NCBI RefSeq assembly: GCF_018977255.1
Contig: NW_024704742.1
Location: 77,564,001-77,628,000, forward strand
From: Callorhinchus milii
Taxonomy: Eukaryota
Length of the DNA: 64,000 bases
Direction: 5' to 3'
Shown here: one piece after another, positions 52,354 to 64,000 of the stretch
How the letters are laid out: the number at the start of each line of letters is the position of its first letter
Numbering within the stretch: the first letter of the stretch is position 1
Program-made: the position numbers and the translations under genes
Notes under the pieces: model-generated
Seen by the model: only the letters and a program-made list of their open reading frames with translations
Databases searched by the model: none
Told to the model about the DNA's origin: nothing

Positions 52354-53900
52354 CTAAAGTTCTAATGTTCCTACATTAACCACGACACAGTACATTTAAG
52401 CATCCAACATGCACAAAATATGTTTCAGTATGTTTTCACATCCTTACAGAATAATACGGGTGACATAAGCAAAACAAGTAGGTGTCCTACTTTTATATAC
52501 AGTTGATGAAGATATTTTCCAATTATGGCTTCTTTCAGACTTATCCCAACAGATGTTGCAAGCTCCTGGCTCAGTGCTCCAGGTTTACCCCAATGGGCAT
52601 GCTACTCTCCCAGATTAACATTGCAGCCCTCCCTTGACAGATGGTCTATGTTCCTGAATTGATGCTCGAGGCTTCCCCAACCAGATGCTCTAGGCTCCCC
52701 AAGCAATATTCCAATCAACTCCCAAAGGACACTCCAAACCTCAATGACACTGTGCTTCTAACTACTAACATTCCACTTCTTGGGTATATTCAAATGCTTC
52801 CCTTGACAGAATGCCAAGGTCTCTGATGTCACTAAATATTTCCCTCAAGACTATTGCAGGTCCTAGACAACACTCTCTTGCCTTCCCTCACTGATGCTCC
52901 AGGGATACCAAACCTTATTTCTAACAGTCACTTCAGAACTGGGAGAGAGGGAACAAACTGTCCACCACTGAAGTGCAAAAAATTATTTTCTTTTGGATCG
53001 TATCACTTTAAATTACTGTTTAATTTAAACATTATGGATTATAACTATTGATATTTCTATGAAAGCAATGCTTTGACATTTACAAGCGATGGGAACATTT
53101 CAACTGTATTGCTTTTCATACTTAATCCGTTTTGTTCCATTCATGCAAATTCCACTCCAAATATTTCCTTCAGTTATTTCCAGCAGCATTTCCTGCCTGA
53201 GCAAAGTTACAGCATTCCATGCTATTAACCCATTGAGGCCTGCAGGAGCATTTCTCAAATTATATATTATTTGCACAAAGTATTGTGGATAAAGGCGTAT
53301 TCCAGGGTTTTTGAATCTTGAATTTAGAGGCAAGGATTTTTTTTTTTTGGGTGTAACATAGTTTACACCAACTGCATTTGGAAGGCTCGATAGAATCAAA
53401 TCATTCCACACGGGTAAACAGTGAGCAGCGGAGAGATAAGCAGCAAAAGAGTAGCTGGAAAAGGGCCATGTTATTACTTGTAAACAGCTGCAGCTTTAAA
53501 CCTGCTTTCAGAACATTTACATATCACAATAAGCATGATTCACATTTGAGGTGGATGTGTGTTGCGTTTAGTGTGGCACGTTTAAATGTGTCGTTACACT
53601 GGATTATGTATTACAAAACTAATGCAAATCAACAGATTATCTAATTGTCTCATCTCCTTCTCTCTTTTCAATATTCTCTGTCTCCTCTATTTCCTTTTTC
53701 GAAAAAAAGAAGGGACCTTCTCCTGGTGTCCTGACCAACAACCCCCTGTAAAATTGGTCATTCACGTCATTGCTGTTTGTGGGACAATGCACAAGCACAG
53801 ACACTACACTTTACAGCATATCCTGTGAAGTCCTTTGAGATGTAAAAGGCGCTATACCAAATGTAAGGATTATTATGTTATTATTTGACTTTTGTTTCAG

Positions 53901-54051
53901 ATGAACCAGAGTAAAAGTAACTAATAATATTCAGTATTTTGATTCCAAGAGATGTGTGAATGTGGCTTTGGGTGACTCGTGCTCCAAACTTCCCTTTCCT
54001 TCCAATGAGCAAGTGTCCATCACGTTGCTTCACCCAGACAACGCAGCCATG
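53901..54051 (+). other. Candidate non-coding or 5'-UTR exon
   Basis: Acceptor TTTGACTTTTGTTTCAG and donor ATG|GTAAGA; stops in all three frames; ends in GCAGCCATG. Confidence 0.3.
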
Positions 54052-56639
54052 GTAAGACACTCATTAATATAAGGCAAGCCCTTCACACCAACACTTCTAG
54101 CTCGGGTGCGAAACACTGACCATCCAGCACTTTAGGACATCCTCCCGACGTGAAAGCCGCTTTACAAATGTAATTTTGTTGTTGTTGTTGTTCTAAATCA
54201 CTATTTGTTGTTCTTCCATCTTAATTATATTCATGAGTAGATTTCTCTCAAACACCTCTGAGTTGGAATTGATGTTCTGTCCTCTGACCCATTTTCCATC
54301 AGCTCAGGTTATTCTCGAGTTAGTCTTGGTCCTATTCCTTCCTCACATCATAACCTCTTACTCTTAGCTTCCATCTCTGTCCTCTCTTTTGAGTGATTCC
54401 ACTCTGTGTTCTTCATCTTCCTTCAGATTGCCTCCCTTCAGTGCACACCTTCATTACTTTCACAGTCCGATGACTGAATCATTAAATCTTGATCACCAAT
54501 CCCTTTCATGGAGCAATAAAAATTGCTTTCTTCAGCTCTTCAAAAACACATGCACACATATGTTTCTTGTAAATCCACGCCTTTTGCTTTTGACAGTTCC
54601 AATATTAATCTTCTTTCATTTAATGACATTCAAGTAGTTGTTGTAATACAAATCCATTGCACATCATCAATTGTCTTTATATCAAAATAACTTTAATTTA
54701 GTTTTAAAAGGAAGGGAAATTCATTTTTTTCTTCAAGTTCTGCTACCCTATAACATAGATTATTTCCCAATCAAGAGAGAGGTAACACTTTGCTCCAATC
54801 ATTTGCCAATGATTCAATTCAGAATTGGAAGGTGTGGTACAGGGATCCAGTGCAATAAGCCCTACAAGTTCCCATCAATCCCTTCCACTCAAGCAGCTAT
54901 CAGTCACTTCTCTTTGCCTCTGGGACACTACACACTACCCTACGTGAGGGATGCTTTATAAATGCAAATTGTTGTTACTTCTGCCTAAAATCCCAGATAG
55001 CTGGATCTTAACGTATGGAAAACTTCCAGTGTGAAACCTGTATCCTTATGCTGAGTTTAAATAGGTCAAAGGATCTCACCTAAATGTCCCTTGTGATCAT
55101 GTCGTCTTGTGACCCTCCTCACCACCCATCTTTTGTTATTTCACTCAGGCCGCTCCTAATCATCAGAGGTCCAGAATTGTATCTATTGTTAGCTTATAAG
55201 GTCATTTGGTCCTTAATGTAAGACAATGTAAAATTGTGAAAGCAAGTTCTGTAGTTTTCTATAGTTCTATAGTTTAATTTAAACCTGTATTTAAGAATTT
55301 ATTACAATTCTGTGCCAACTTAAATGTTTAGACAAATTAGTCTTACAGATTAAGATTCTTGGGCCTTTGCTGGTCCCAAATAAATCCTCAGATTCCTTGG
55401 CCAGTCTGCTGTCGCAAGATTAGTTTGGATGAAGTTGGCCCTTTGGATGATCAGATTTCATCCTCCCAGAATACTCATCCAAACCATCCTCCCATTACAG
55501 CATCATGATGGTTTTTAAATGAGTCTGGCATCCTGGCCTCAACTATGATTCCCAGCAACCTGTTCCATGTCTGGGTAAAGAGAAACCTCCGGTATCTGTC
55601 CTAAATTTGCCCTTTGCTACTCTAAATCTATCTCCTAATGTCCTACTGTCTTACTGCATCCTAAAATATTAATCTGGGTTTACTTGCTCAATTCCATTTA
55701 ACATTTCATAGCTCTATAAGTTTCCCTATGAGATGTCTTCTCTCAAGATAGGTCCAACTCTCAGTTTTGTACAGAACTATCTGTTTGTGAGACAGTGCTG
55801 TGTGCATATTGTCTGCTGCGTTTTGCTCTACAAAATATAGTCACTGAACTTTACAAAGCATCCTGTGAAATGCTTTGAGGCATTTTAATAACGTGATAAA
55901 GAGCTATATGAAATGTAAGAATTATTATTACTCTAAAGAGGTGAGGACTCTAGTATGAGAGGATTCCTGATATCGATATTTTCACCAAAAACACTTTAAA
56001 TATATGTTATATGCAAACCCACTATTTTCTTCAAGTATACCTACCTTTACCTCTACTTAAAGCAGAACTCAATTGCGAGGTGACTGAAGCACTGTAGCTT
56101 TAAATCAAACCAAACCTGTTAAGATCTAACTCTATGGCTCTTTATTCCAGCTCAATGGAAAAATGCAGTTTGGACATGTTAGATTATGTTAGCATTTAAA
56201 CACTTAACTAAGTCTGTAATTATACACTCTGAAGGAGTTAGAAGCTGAAATGAGGATTAATATGCAACTCACATCTTGTTACGAATATAACAGGTTTCAA
56301 CACAGTTTTCAATAACTTTCGGATTGCTGCCTGAAAATATAATTGAAAGTTGCGCAGTTATACAGGTAGAATGAAATCCCTCACTGTTGTAGGTAATGTA
56401 TTTCATGTGTCTGACATAGACTAATGTATCTTAAAGGAGGTCAAAACTTTTCTAGAAGCATTCTTGGCAGTAGATTGTATTTCAATCACTAATAATGGGC
56501 CAAATGCATCACTTTTAATTGATTCTTCAAATTAAAAATTAAATTAAAATGGAGCGTTATTGCAGCTATTTCGCCAGGGTTGTCAGGATGTGAAAGTGGG
56601 TGCTCTTCATGTTCACGAAGACCATTGTAGTTCACCATT

Positions 56640-57980
56640 GTGAAACCTCCAATCAGGTTTCCATGCCACCCACAGCACAGAAACAGCTTTGGACAAAGTG
56701 ACAAATGACATTTTGTCCATCTGCGACCAGGCCTCCATCTGCCTCCATTTTCCTTGACTTCTCTTCTGCTTTCAACACTGTTGACCACTCTATCCACCTC
56801 CACTGCCTCTCCTCTCACCTCAACCTTCATGGTACTGTCCTTGAATGGTTCAGATTGTACCTCTCACACCGCCTCCACTTCATCTCCACAAACGGCTTAT
56901 CCTCTCGTCCCTGCACTATCTTGTATGGCGTTCCTCAGTGCTCTGTCCTTGGTTCCCTTCTCTTCAATATCTATATGCTCTCTCTTCGTGACATCATCCA
57001 CAGACAAGAAGTCAACTTCCACATGTATGCGGATGACACCCAACTCTATCTTTCTGCCTCCACCCTCAACTCCAGGACGACTGCTGTCCTGACAGAATAT
57101 CTGTCAGACACCAAGTCCTGGATGAGAGCTAACTTTCTTCAATTGAACATCAACAAGACCGAGGCTCTCCTGATTGGTTACTGTCAGTGCCTCCTCACCT
57201 CAGGCGCTGACAGCATCACCATCCAAGGATGCACACTCCACCTCACTGAGCCAGTCCAGAACCTTGGGGTCTTGTTTGAGCCTCAACTATCCTTTCTATC
57301 CCACATCCGTGCCATGACTCACTCTGCCTCCTCCCACCTCAGCAACATCACCCATCTCCGCCACTGTCTCACACAGCAGGCCGCCGAAACCCTCATACAT
57401 GCATTCATTAACATCCAAGCTTTACTATGCAAACTCCCTGCTTGTCGGCCTCCCCAGCTCCTCACTCCACAAGCTGCAGATCATCCTCTCCAGCACCAGG
57501 CTCTGTGACCCTATCACCCCATTCTTGCCTGACTCCACTGCTTCCCATCACGCAGAGGATACAGTTCAAGATCCTGGTCCTCACCTTCAAAGCCCTCCAT
57601 AGCCTTGCTCCCCCCTACATCTGCGACCTCCTAACTCCCTACCAACCTGCTTGCTCCCTTCGCTCAGTGGGCTCCAGCCTGCTTCACATCCCCCACCTCT
57701 CCCTCCCCATCATTGGCCGGCCAGCCTTCAGCCATGCTGCTCCCACCCTCTGGAACTCCATCCCACAGTCCCTCCACCTCACCTCCTCCCTTACCTCCTT
57801 CAAGACCCATCTCAAGATTCTCCTCTTCGACTGTGCCTTCAATCACCCTCCTTTCCCCCCTGCCCTCAACCCTTCCCGATCCCAACCCCCAGCTTGCGTC
57901 CAAAACACTGATTGTCCAGCTCCTTGGCACGTCCTCCCAATGTGAAAGGCGCTATACAAATGTAATTTTGTTGTTGTTGT
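56640..57980 (+). mobile_element. L2 LINE fragment
   Basis: FLDFSSAFNTVDH, GVPQCSVLGSLLF and FHMYADD; L2 tail with (TTG)n. Confidence 0.95.
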
Positions 57981-57999
57981 TCATCTGGTCACTCCTAAA

Positions 58000-58380
58000 T
58001 AAAATAATCCTATCCTACCATATCGTTCACTCCCCTCACTTTCAATTCCCTCAAAGGCCTTGGCCCAACCTAGATCTGCATCTGCTGTGACCCAACTGCT
58101 CTGGCTGTTTCCTTCACTCAGCAAGCACTGGCTTACTTCTTGTCTCCCAATCTGACCCACCATTGGTGAGCGGGCTTTCAGCAATTCTGCCCTCACTCTC
58201 TGGATCTCCATTGTGTGCCTCACCCCTTCCTCTGCACCTTCAAAACCAGACTTAAAACCTATCTTTTCAGCTACACTTTTAGCCACTTTCCCCCACAATC
58301 TCCTGCTCAGAGTCCCAAGCAGTTGTATGAAGCACTTTGAGACGTCCTCCCGATATGAAAGGTGTTATTTAAATATAAAT
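58000..58380 (+). mobile_element. Old L2 3' fragment
   Basis: Degenerate match to the L2 3' end (CGGGCTTTCAGC...GACGTCCTCCCGATATGAAAGG). Confidence 0.75.
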
Positions 58381-58776
58381 CATCCTTGATAATTTCTTCA
58401 TCACATAGGTGTGGAACAGGGATCTAATCTAAATCTCTCCTGACTTTGTTGCTGAAATCTGCCTCACCACTTACCTCATTAGTCTCTTCGACATATTCAC
58501 TGCTCTCTGTACAGTTAAACTGCCTTTTTGCCTTCCTTCTTTTGAAGGTGTTTGTGCGCCCACGAGATAGACATTTTGACAATGGGCAAGAAGTTCCAAC
58601 AGACAAACGGTTAAAGCATTAACATATTTGTATGTTTTGTCTTGAACCAATTCATCTGTGAAAACATTCTGTGGGTAGCGTTAAGTGTGACAGGTCTTCT
58701 GCTGTGGTGGGATGGGCCATTGATTAAAGCTACTACTGCCTGAGCACAACAGACTTTTGATAGTGCTGGCAAGTAC

Positions 58777-59178
58777 AACACAACAACAACAACAACAACA
58801 AAATTACATTTATAGAGCGCCTTTCACGTTGGGAGGATGTCCCAAAGAGCTGAACAGTCAGATGTTAGGGACCGAGCATGGGGGAGGGGTGGTGTATGGG
58901 TGAGGGAAGGCAGAGAGGTGGGAGGGAGACCAAAGGCACGGTCGAAGAGAAGGGTCTTGAGCCCGGCCTTGGAGGCAAGGGAGGAAGCGAGGGGAAGAGA
59001 CCGTGGGATGGAGTTCCAGAGTGTGGGGGCAGAGAGGCTGAAAGCCCGGCCACCGATGGTAGGGCGTGTCGGGCGGGAGGCATGGAGCAGACCGGAGCCT
59101 GATGAACGGAGGGAGCGGGCAGGTTGGTAGGGAGTCAGCAGGTCATGGATGGCCTTAAAGGTGAGGATGAGGATCTTG
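58777..59178 (-). mobile_element. L2 3' end
   Basis: Very similar to 40607-41000; (CAA)n tail. Confidence 0.93.
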
Positions 59179-61227
59179 CTTTGAGATATCCTCCAAACAT
59201 GAAATGCACTATTTCAAGTGTAAGGATTATTAATATTATTATCACCATTAATAATTATTATTATCATGTCACATGTTTTACCTCTATGATGTGCACATTA
59301 TTAGAGTTCTGTTTATCTGTACCATTTAGGAACATCTACAAATTATTTTGCTGCCTCTAAGCCATTTCCTAGGCGGTGACTGGTAGTGCGACAGATGGGA
59401 CCATTTCCAGATCACATCTGAAACTCCAGCTGGTTCAGAGGCAAGGTAATGGGAGGAGGAGCTGGAATAGGGGAATCGATTCCCTCGTCAGTTCAACAGA
59501 ATATTTAGAGAAAAAAAACATATTAGCAAAGTTTGGGGTATCGAGGAACCTTAACAATATACGTTTATACCCATTTACGCTAGTCATTTAGTATTAGATT
59601 TGATGGAAACATGGTGTGGAATCAATACTGAAAATACAGCATAAATGAAATTTATGATATGTGATCAAACAGAGAGTTGTGTTTCTGGGCTACCAGTTCA
59701 AGAAAGAAATTGATTTGCACCATTGAACTAATAATAATAATAATAATCCTTGCATTTGATATAGCGCCTTTCACGTCAGGAGGACGTCCCAAAGCGCTTC
59801 ACAACTAGATTGCAAACTGATTGTTAATCTTTACATATCTTAAAATTAAAGTTCTGTTGCCCATCATGAAAAATGCCCTCAAAATGAATCATTTTGCAGT
59901 AACTGTGAGTGAGCTCATCATGGGAGAAATCAGAAGGCGGTAGGGGAGGGGAAGGGGTAGAGATGACCGAAAACATGGTCAAAGAGGTAAATGTCTCACA
60001 CGCCATCCTGACTTGGAAATATAGCACTCTTCCTTCATTGTCACTGAGTCAAAACTGGAACCCCCCGCCCACCCACGCAACACGATTGTAGGAGAAGCAT
60101 CACCACAACAATTGTAGCAGTTGCACAGATACCTCAACCGGAAAGTACGAAAACAACCTCAAAGGTCTATTGACCCTGCTAGCATCAACATGAGATAATT
60201 GCTCAATACCCTTTTGCCATGTTACACTGCAGTTGACATCGCATGCCTGATTAGGTTTTCTGTATTTAGCTGTTGATCTGTCTTGATTTATTTTGATCAC
60301 GTGGATGCTATTTGTGCAAACGGTATCACATGCCTGTTCCACATGGCCACAACTGTCTGTTATTTTCAGGAAGACCCATCTACATGTGAAGGGTGCTATA
60401 TAAATGCAAATCAGTATTGATTCCATGCCACTATCACCAATGGTGGCGGAGCTTGACGCCGAACCGGGGAGAGGGGGCAGGTAACCATAGACATGGCTGA
60501 AGAGGAAGGTCTTTATTATTATAGTTATTATTGTTATTATTATGATAGTCATATTATTATCATGACTATCCTGCTAAATGACATTCCAATGCAAGCCAGG
60601 AAGTCCAATGGGCACCATGGGAGAGATTCAGACTTAGCCATTATAACAGAGCTGGGGGCTATTTCTGTGGACCATTCAATAAAGTACAGCATTAACAAGG
60701 TGGAAATTTAATTCATGATAATTATAACTAGTATTATTTAACACATCACTGGTTGCAATTTTCACCCCATAAAGTGACAAGAACTCTGCTGCATACTTTG
60801 AAAGCTGTTAGGGACATTCTTTACTTTGATTTCAGCTTTACAACTGTAGACAAAAGAGCATCAGTACTTGTATTGCTACTGAATTGGCAATTTCCCCAAA
60901 TAATTCAGTAGTTTTACTTAATAATCCTCAATAATAATCCTTGCAATTGACATAGCACCTTATCACATCAAAACATCCTGAAGAGCTTCACAAAGGTTTC
61001 TTTAAAGAGCAGTGACTGTGTATTTCTCGGCTTACATTTGTACAATAATCCTGAATATTGGTGAAAAAGTATTTGTGGCAAATGCAAGAAGCTGGTAATA
61101 ATTACTGGGCCTGGATCTGGCAGGAAATTACAGTAATAGTTCACTGTGGTCATTTATTTGCAGTTTGAATGTAGATTTAAAGTGGTAGAGTTGTACTTTA
61201 AGGTCCCCTGTTTAGGCTACCCAGGAC

Positions 61228-62340
61228 CCGCACTGTCTCATGTGGTGTCCCTCAGGGCTCTGTCCTCGGTCCCCTCCTCTTCACCCTCTACATGCTCCCC
61301 CTTGGTGACATCATCCGCAGACCTGGAGTTAACTTCCACATGTATGCGGATGACACCCAACTCTACCTTTCCTCCTCTACTCTCGTCCAGGACTCGATGT
61401 CGGACAGGCAGGCTGTCAGGACATTGGTGGTCGTGGAGTTGAAAGTAGTACTTTCTTCAGCTCAACGTGCGAAAAACCGAGGCCCTCCTGATTGGCTCAC
61501 GTCAGCGCCTCCGCACCTCAGGTACTGACACCATCAGCATCCAAGGCTGCACTCTCCACCTCTCAAAGCCAGTCAGGAACCTCGGGGTTTTGTTCGACCC
61601 TGAGCTGTCCTTTCTCCCTCACATCTGCACCACAACTGGCACCGCCTTCCATCACCTCCGGAACATCGCCAGACTACGGCACTACCTCACCCCTCACGCT
61701 GCTGAAACCCTGGTCCACGCCTTTGTCACCTCAAGGCTGGACTATGGGAACTCTCTCCTCGCCGGCCTTCCCGCCACCTCCCTCCACACTGCAGGTCATT
61801 CAGAACTCTGCAGCTCGTGTACTGTCCCGCACCAGGCTTCGGGACCACATCACTCCCACCCTCGCTCGCCTCCACTGGCTCCCCATCCCCCAGAGGATTG
61901 ATTTCAAGATCCTCATCCTCACCTACAAGGCCATTCACGGCCTTGCTCCCTCCTACCTCTCCAACCTACTATCCCCCTACTTACCTGCCCATACCCTCCG
62001 TTCCTCTGGCTCCGGTCTGCTCCACGTCCCCCGCCCCAACCACCCTACCATCGGTGGTCGGGCCTTCAGCCTCTCAGCCCCGAGGCTCTGGAACTCTATC
62101 CCCCAGTGCCTTCGCCGCCTCCTCCCTCTCCTCCTTCAAGGCCGGTCTCAAAACCTTTCTCTTTGACCGAGCCTTCAGCTCCCCTCTCGACTCTCTTCCC
62201 CCTCCTCGCTCCCTCCCTTCCCTCCCCTCACCCTGACCATTTCCCCCCTGCTCGGGTCATGACCCAACTGTGCAGCGCCTTGGGACGTCCTCCTGACGTG
62301 AAAGGCGCTTTATAAATGGAATCTTGTTGTTGTTGTTGTT
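61228..62340 (+). mobile_element. L2 LINE 3' fragment with internal micro-inversion
   Basis: [19 protein letters not shown] and (TTG)n tail; 61382-61443 is inverted. Confidence 0.95.
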
Positions 62341-62642
62341 CATGGCATTTCTTTTACCATATCACTGGCCATTGCAAGCACTTTCCTCTGCTATCCATAA
62401 GGGCTTTGCCTTGCAGAGTTAACAGAAGCTGAGCAGTAAGAATCGCGCCCACAGTATCTGATCTGCTTCTTTAAGTCCAATTGATGAGTGAAGCTGAACG
62501 GTTTGTCATCAGCAGTGCCCTGGAATACTGAGGATCCGTCTGGCTCAGGAACCGAACTACTGCTACTGAGACCACAAGTGAGAAAATGCAGGGACAGAGA
62601 TGGGGGTGGGGGGCATTAGGTAACACTACATTGGCATCCACA

Positions 62643-62958
62643 TAATAATAATAATAATCCTTGCATTTGATATAGCGCTTTTCACGTCGGTAGGACGTCC
62701 CAAAGCGCTTCACAGAACACACTGTAAAGTGAATTGACTGTATATTTGTGGGCGAACGCGGTAGCCAATTGCGCACAGTAATGTCCCACAAACAGTCGTA
62801 GATTGAAAATGACCAATTTATTATTGTTTTTGGTTTTGGAGGGATTATTATTAGGCATGTGGAATAAGGAAACTTGCCCAAGGTTTCACCCTGCCGGGAA
62901 TTGAACCTAGCTCGCTTGCTTGCAAAGTGAGTGCTCTAACCACTGAGCTACAGGACTC
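62643..62958 (-). mobile_element. tRNA-Ala SINE, full length
   Basis: Reverse-complement match. Confidence 0.92.
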
Positions 62959-64000
62959 CACATATTTAAGGACACAAAAATTCAGAAAAACCTTCTCTCT
63001 ACAAAACTCTGCAGCCCTGACCACTCTTAAGCACTCTGAGACATGATCCTTCATGAACAACAACAACAAAATTACATTTGTATAGTGCCTTTCACTTCGG
63101 GAGGACGTCCCAAGGCACTGGAAGGGCACTATATAAATGCAAGTTGTTGTTGTCTACTATGCATGAATAGCAAACCATTACAGATTGGTTTTAGCAACAT
63201 CAAGAGAGTTTGGACTGATGCCACTGTGGGGGAGAAATTCCACCTAGGTCTAGATTTACTTTTAGCAATTTGTAACGTCCAGAACTTTGTATGTTTTGGC
63301 AGTCTTCATTTCAAGCTGGTTTTCTGCAAGTTCTTTTAAGAATTTTAAGCTTCAAAAGTTAAGACTGAAGTCAATTTGCCAAACTGCACACATTGAAATG
63401 CTATGAAAATAGAGTAAACCTAGACCAAGGAGGAATTTCACCACTTTAGCTATGGCCATTAAAGTTTGACTGCAGTCTGCAGGTTTGACTGATTTTCTTT
63501 CTTTCCATTGTGAAGTGCAGTTCAGAGATTCAATCAGTTAGGCATATCAAAGACAAGATGCTAATTTAAGCCATGTCACTGTAGGGTGATGGTCAGACAT
63601 TTATTTAAATAAGTCAACAACTGAACTGGAAACCTGAAGGTTGAAATTTTTCATGGTCTATCCTAAGCGCTTTGAGACGTCTTGACGATGTGATAAGGTG
63701 CTATATCAAATGCAACGATTATTATTTATTATAAAAACATGGTCTTCAAATTTAAATTTGGAAAATTTTCAATTCAGTTTTAACTTGTAAGATGGTTTTC
63801 AACATGTCTTTTTTAGGAGCTATTTGAAGCTGGCTTCCTAATCACATCTGAATTTAAGACTTTTCCAAAATTGTGCACAATTTTACATAAAGCCAATGTT
63901 CTTTAGGTTCATAATGTCAGTGATTTCAAGCTAAGATTTCCCGTTCAGTTTTTGACTTGTTAAAAAGTGATAAACCTAGTATACAAATGTCTGACCTTCG

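Noticed and set aside
52354..52600. RdRp catalytic motifs A-C upstream of EVE fragment 1
   Set aside because: No GDN or GxxQK motif in the frames I read.

Overview
Eukaryotic, repeat-dense, intergenic or intronic DNA. The repeat content (L2 and CR1 LINE fragments, Deu-type SINEs, a tRNA-Ala-headed SINE with an L2 tail) points to a cartilaginous fish; that taxon call is inference. I found no convincing intact host protein-coding gene, and most ORFs in the track are LINE fragments or chance. The main finding is at ~45.6-52.4 kb. Between the TE insertions, the unique sequence translates (with stops and frameshifts) into ordered motifs of a Mononegavirales-type L polymerase, i.e. a non-retroviral endogenous viral element (EVE). 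The post-catalytic RdRp region, capping/PRNTase domain and start of the connector lie on the minus strand (52.35->48.4 kb). The probable rest of the connector, a methyltransferase with K-D-K-E spacing and the C-terminal domain lie on the plus strand (45.6->48.1 kb). A 90-bp inverted duplicate sits at the junction, consistent with an in-place inversion of the 3' half. The viral assignment rests on manual translation and reference L sequences recalled from memory, so it needs an HMM or tBLASTn check. Repeat boundaries are approximate (about +/-10-30 nt).
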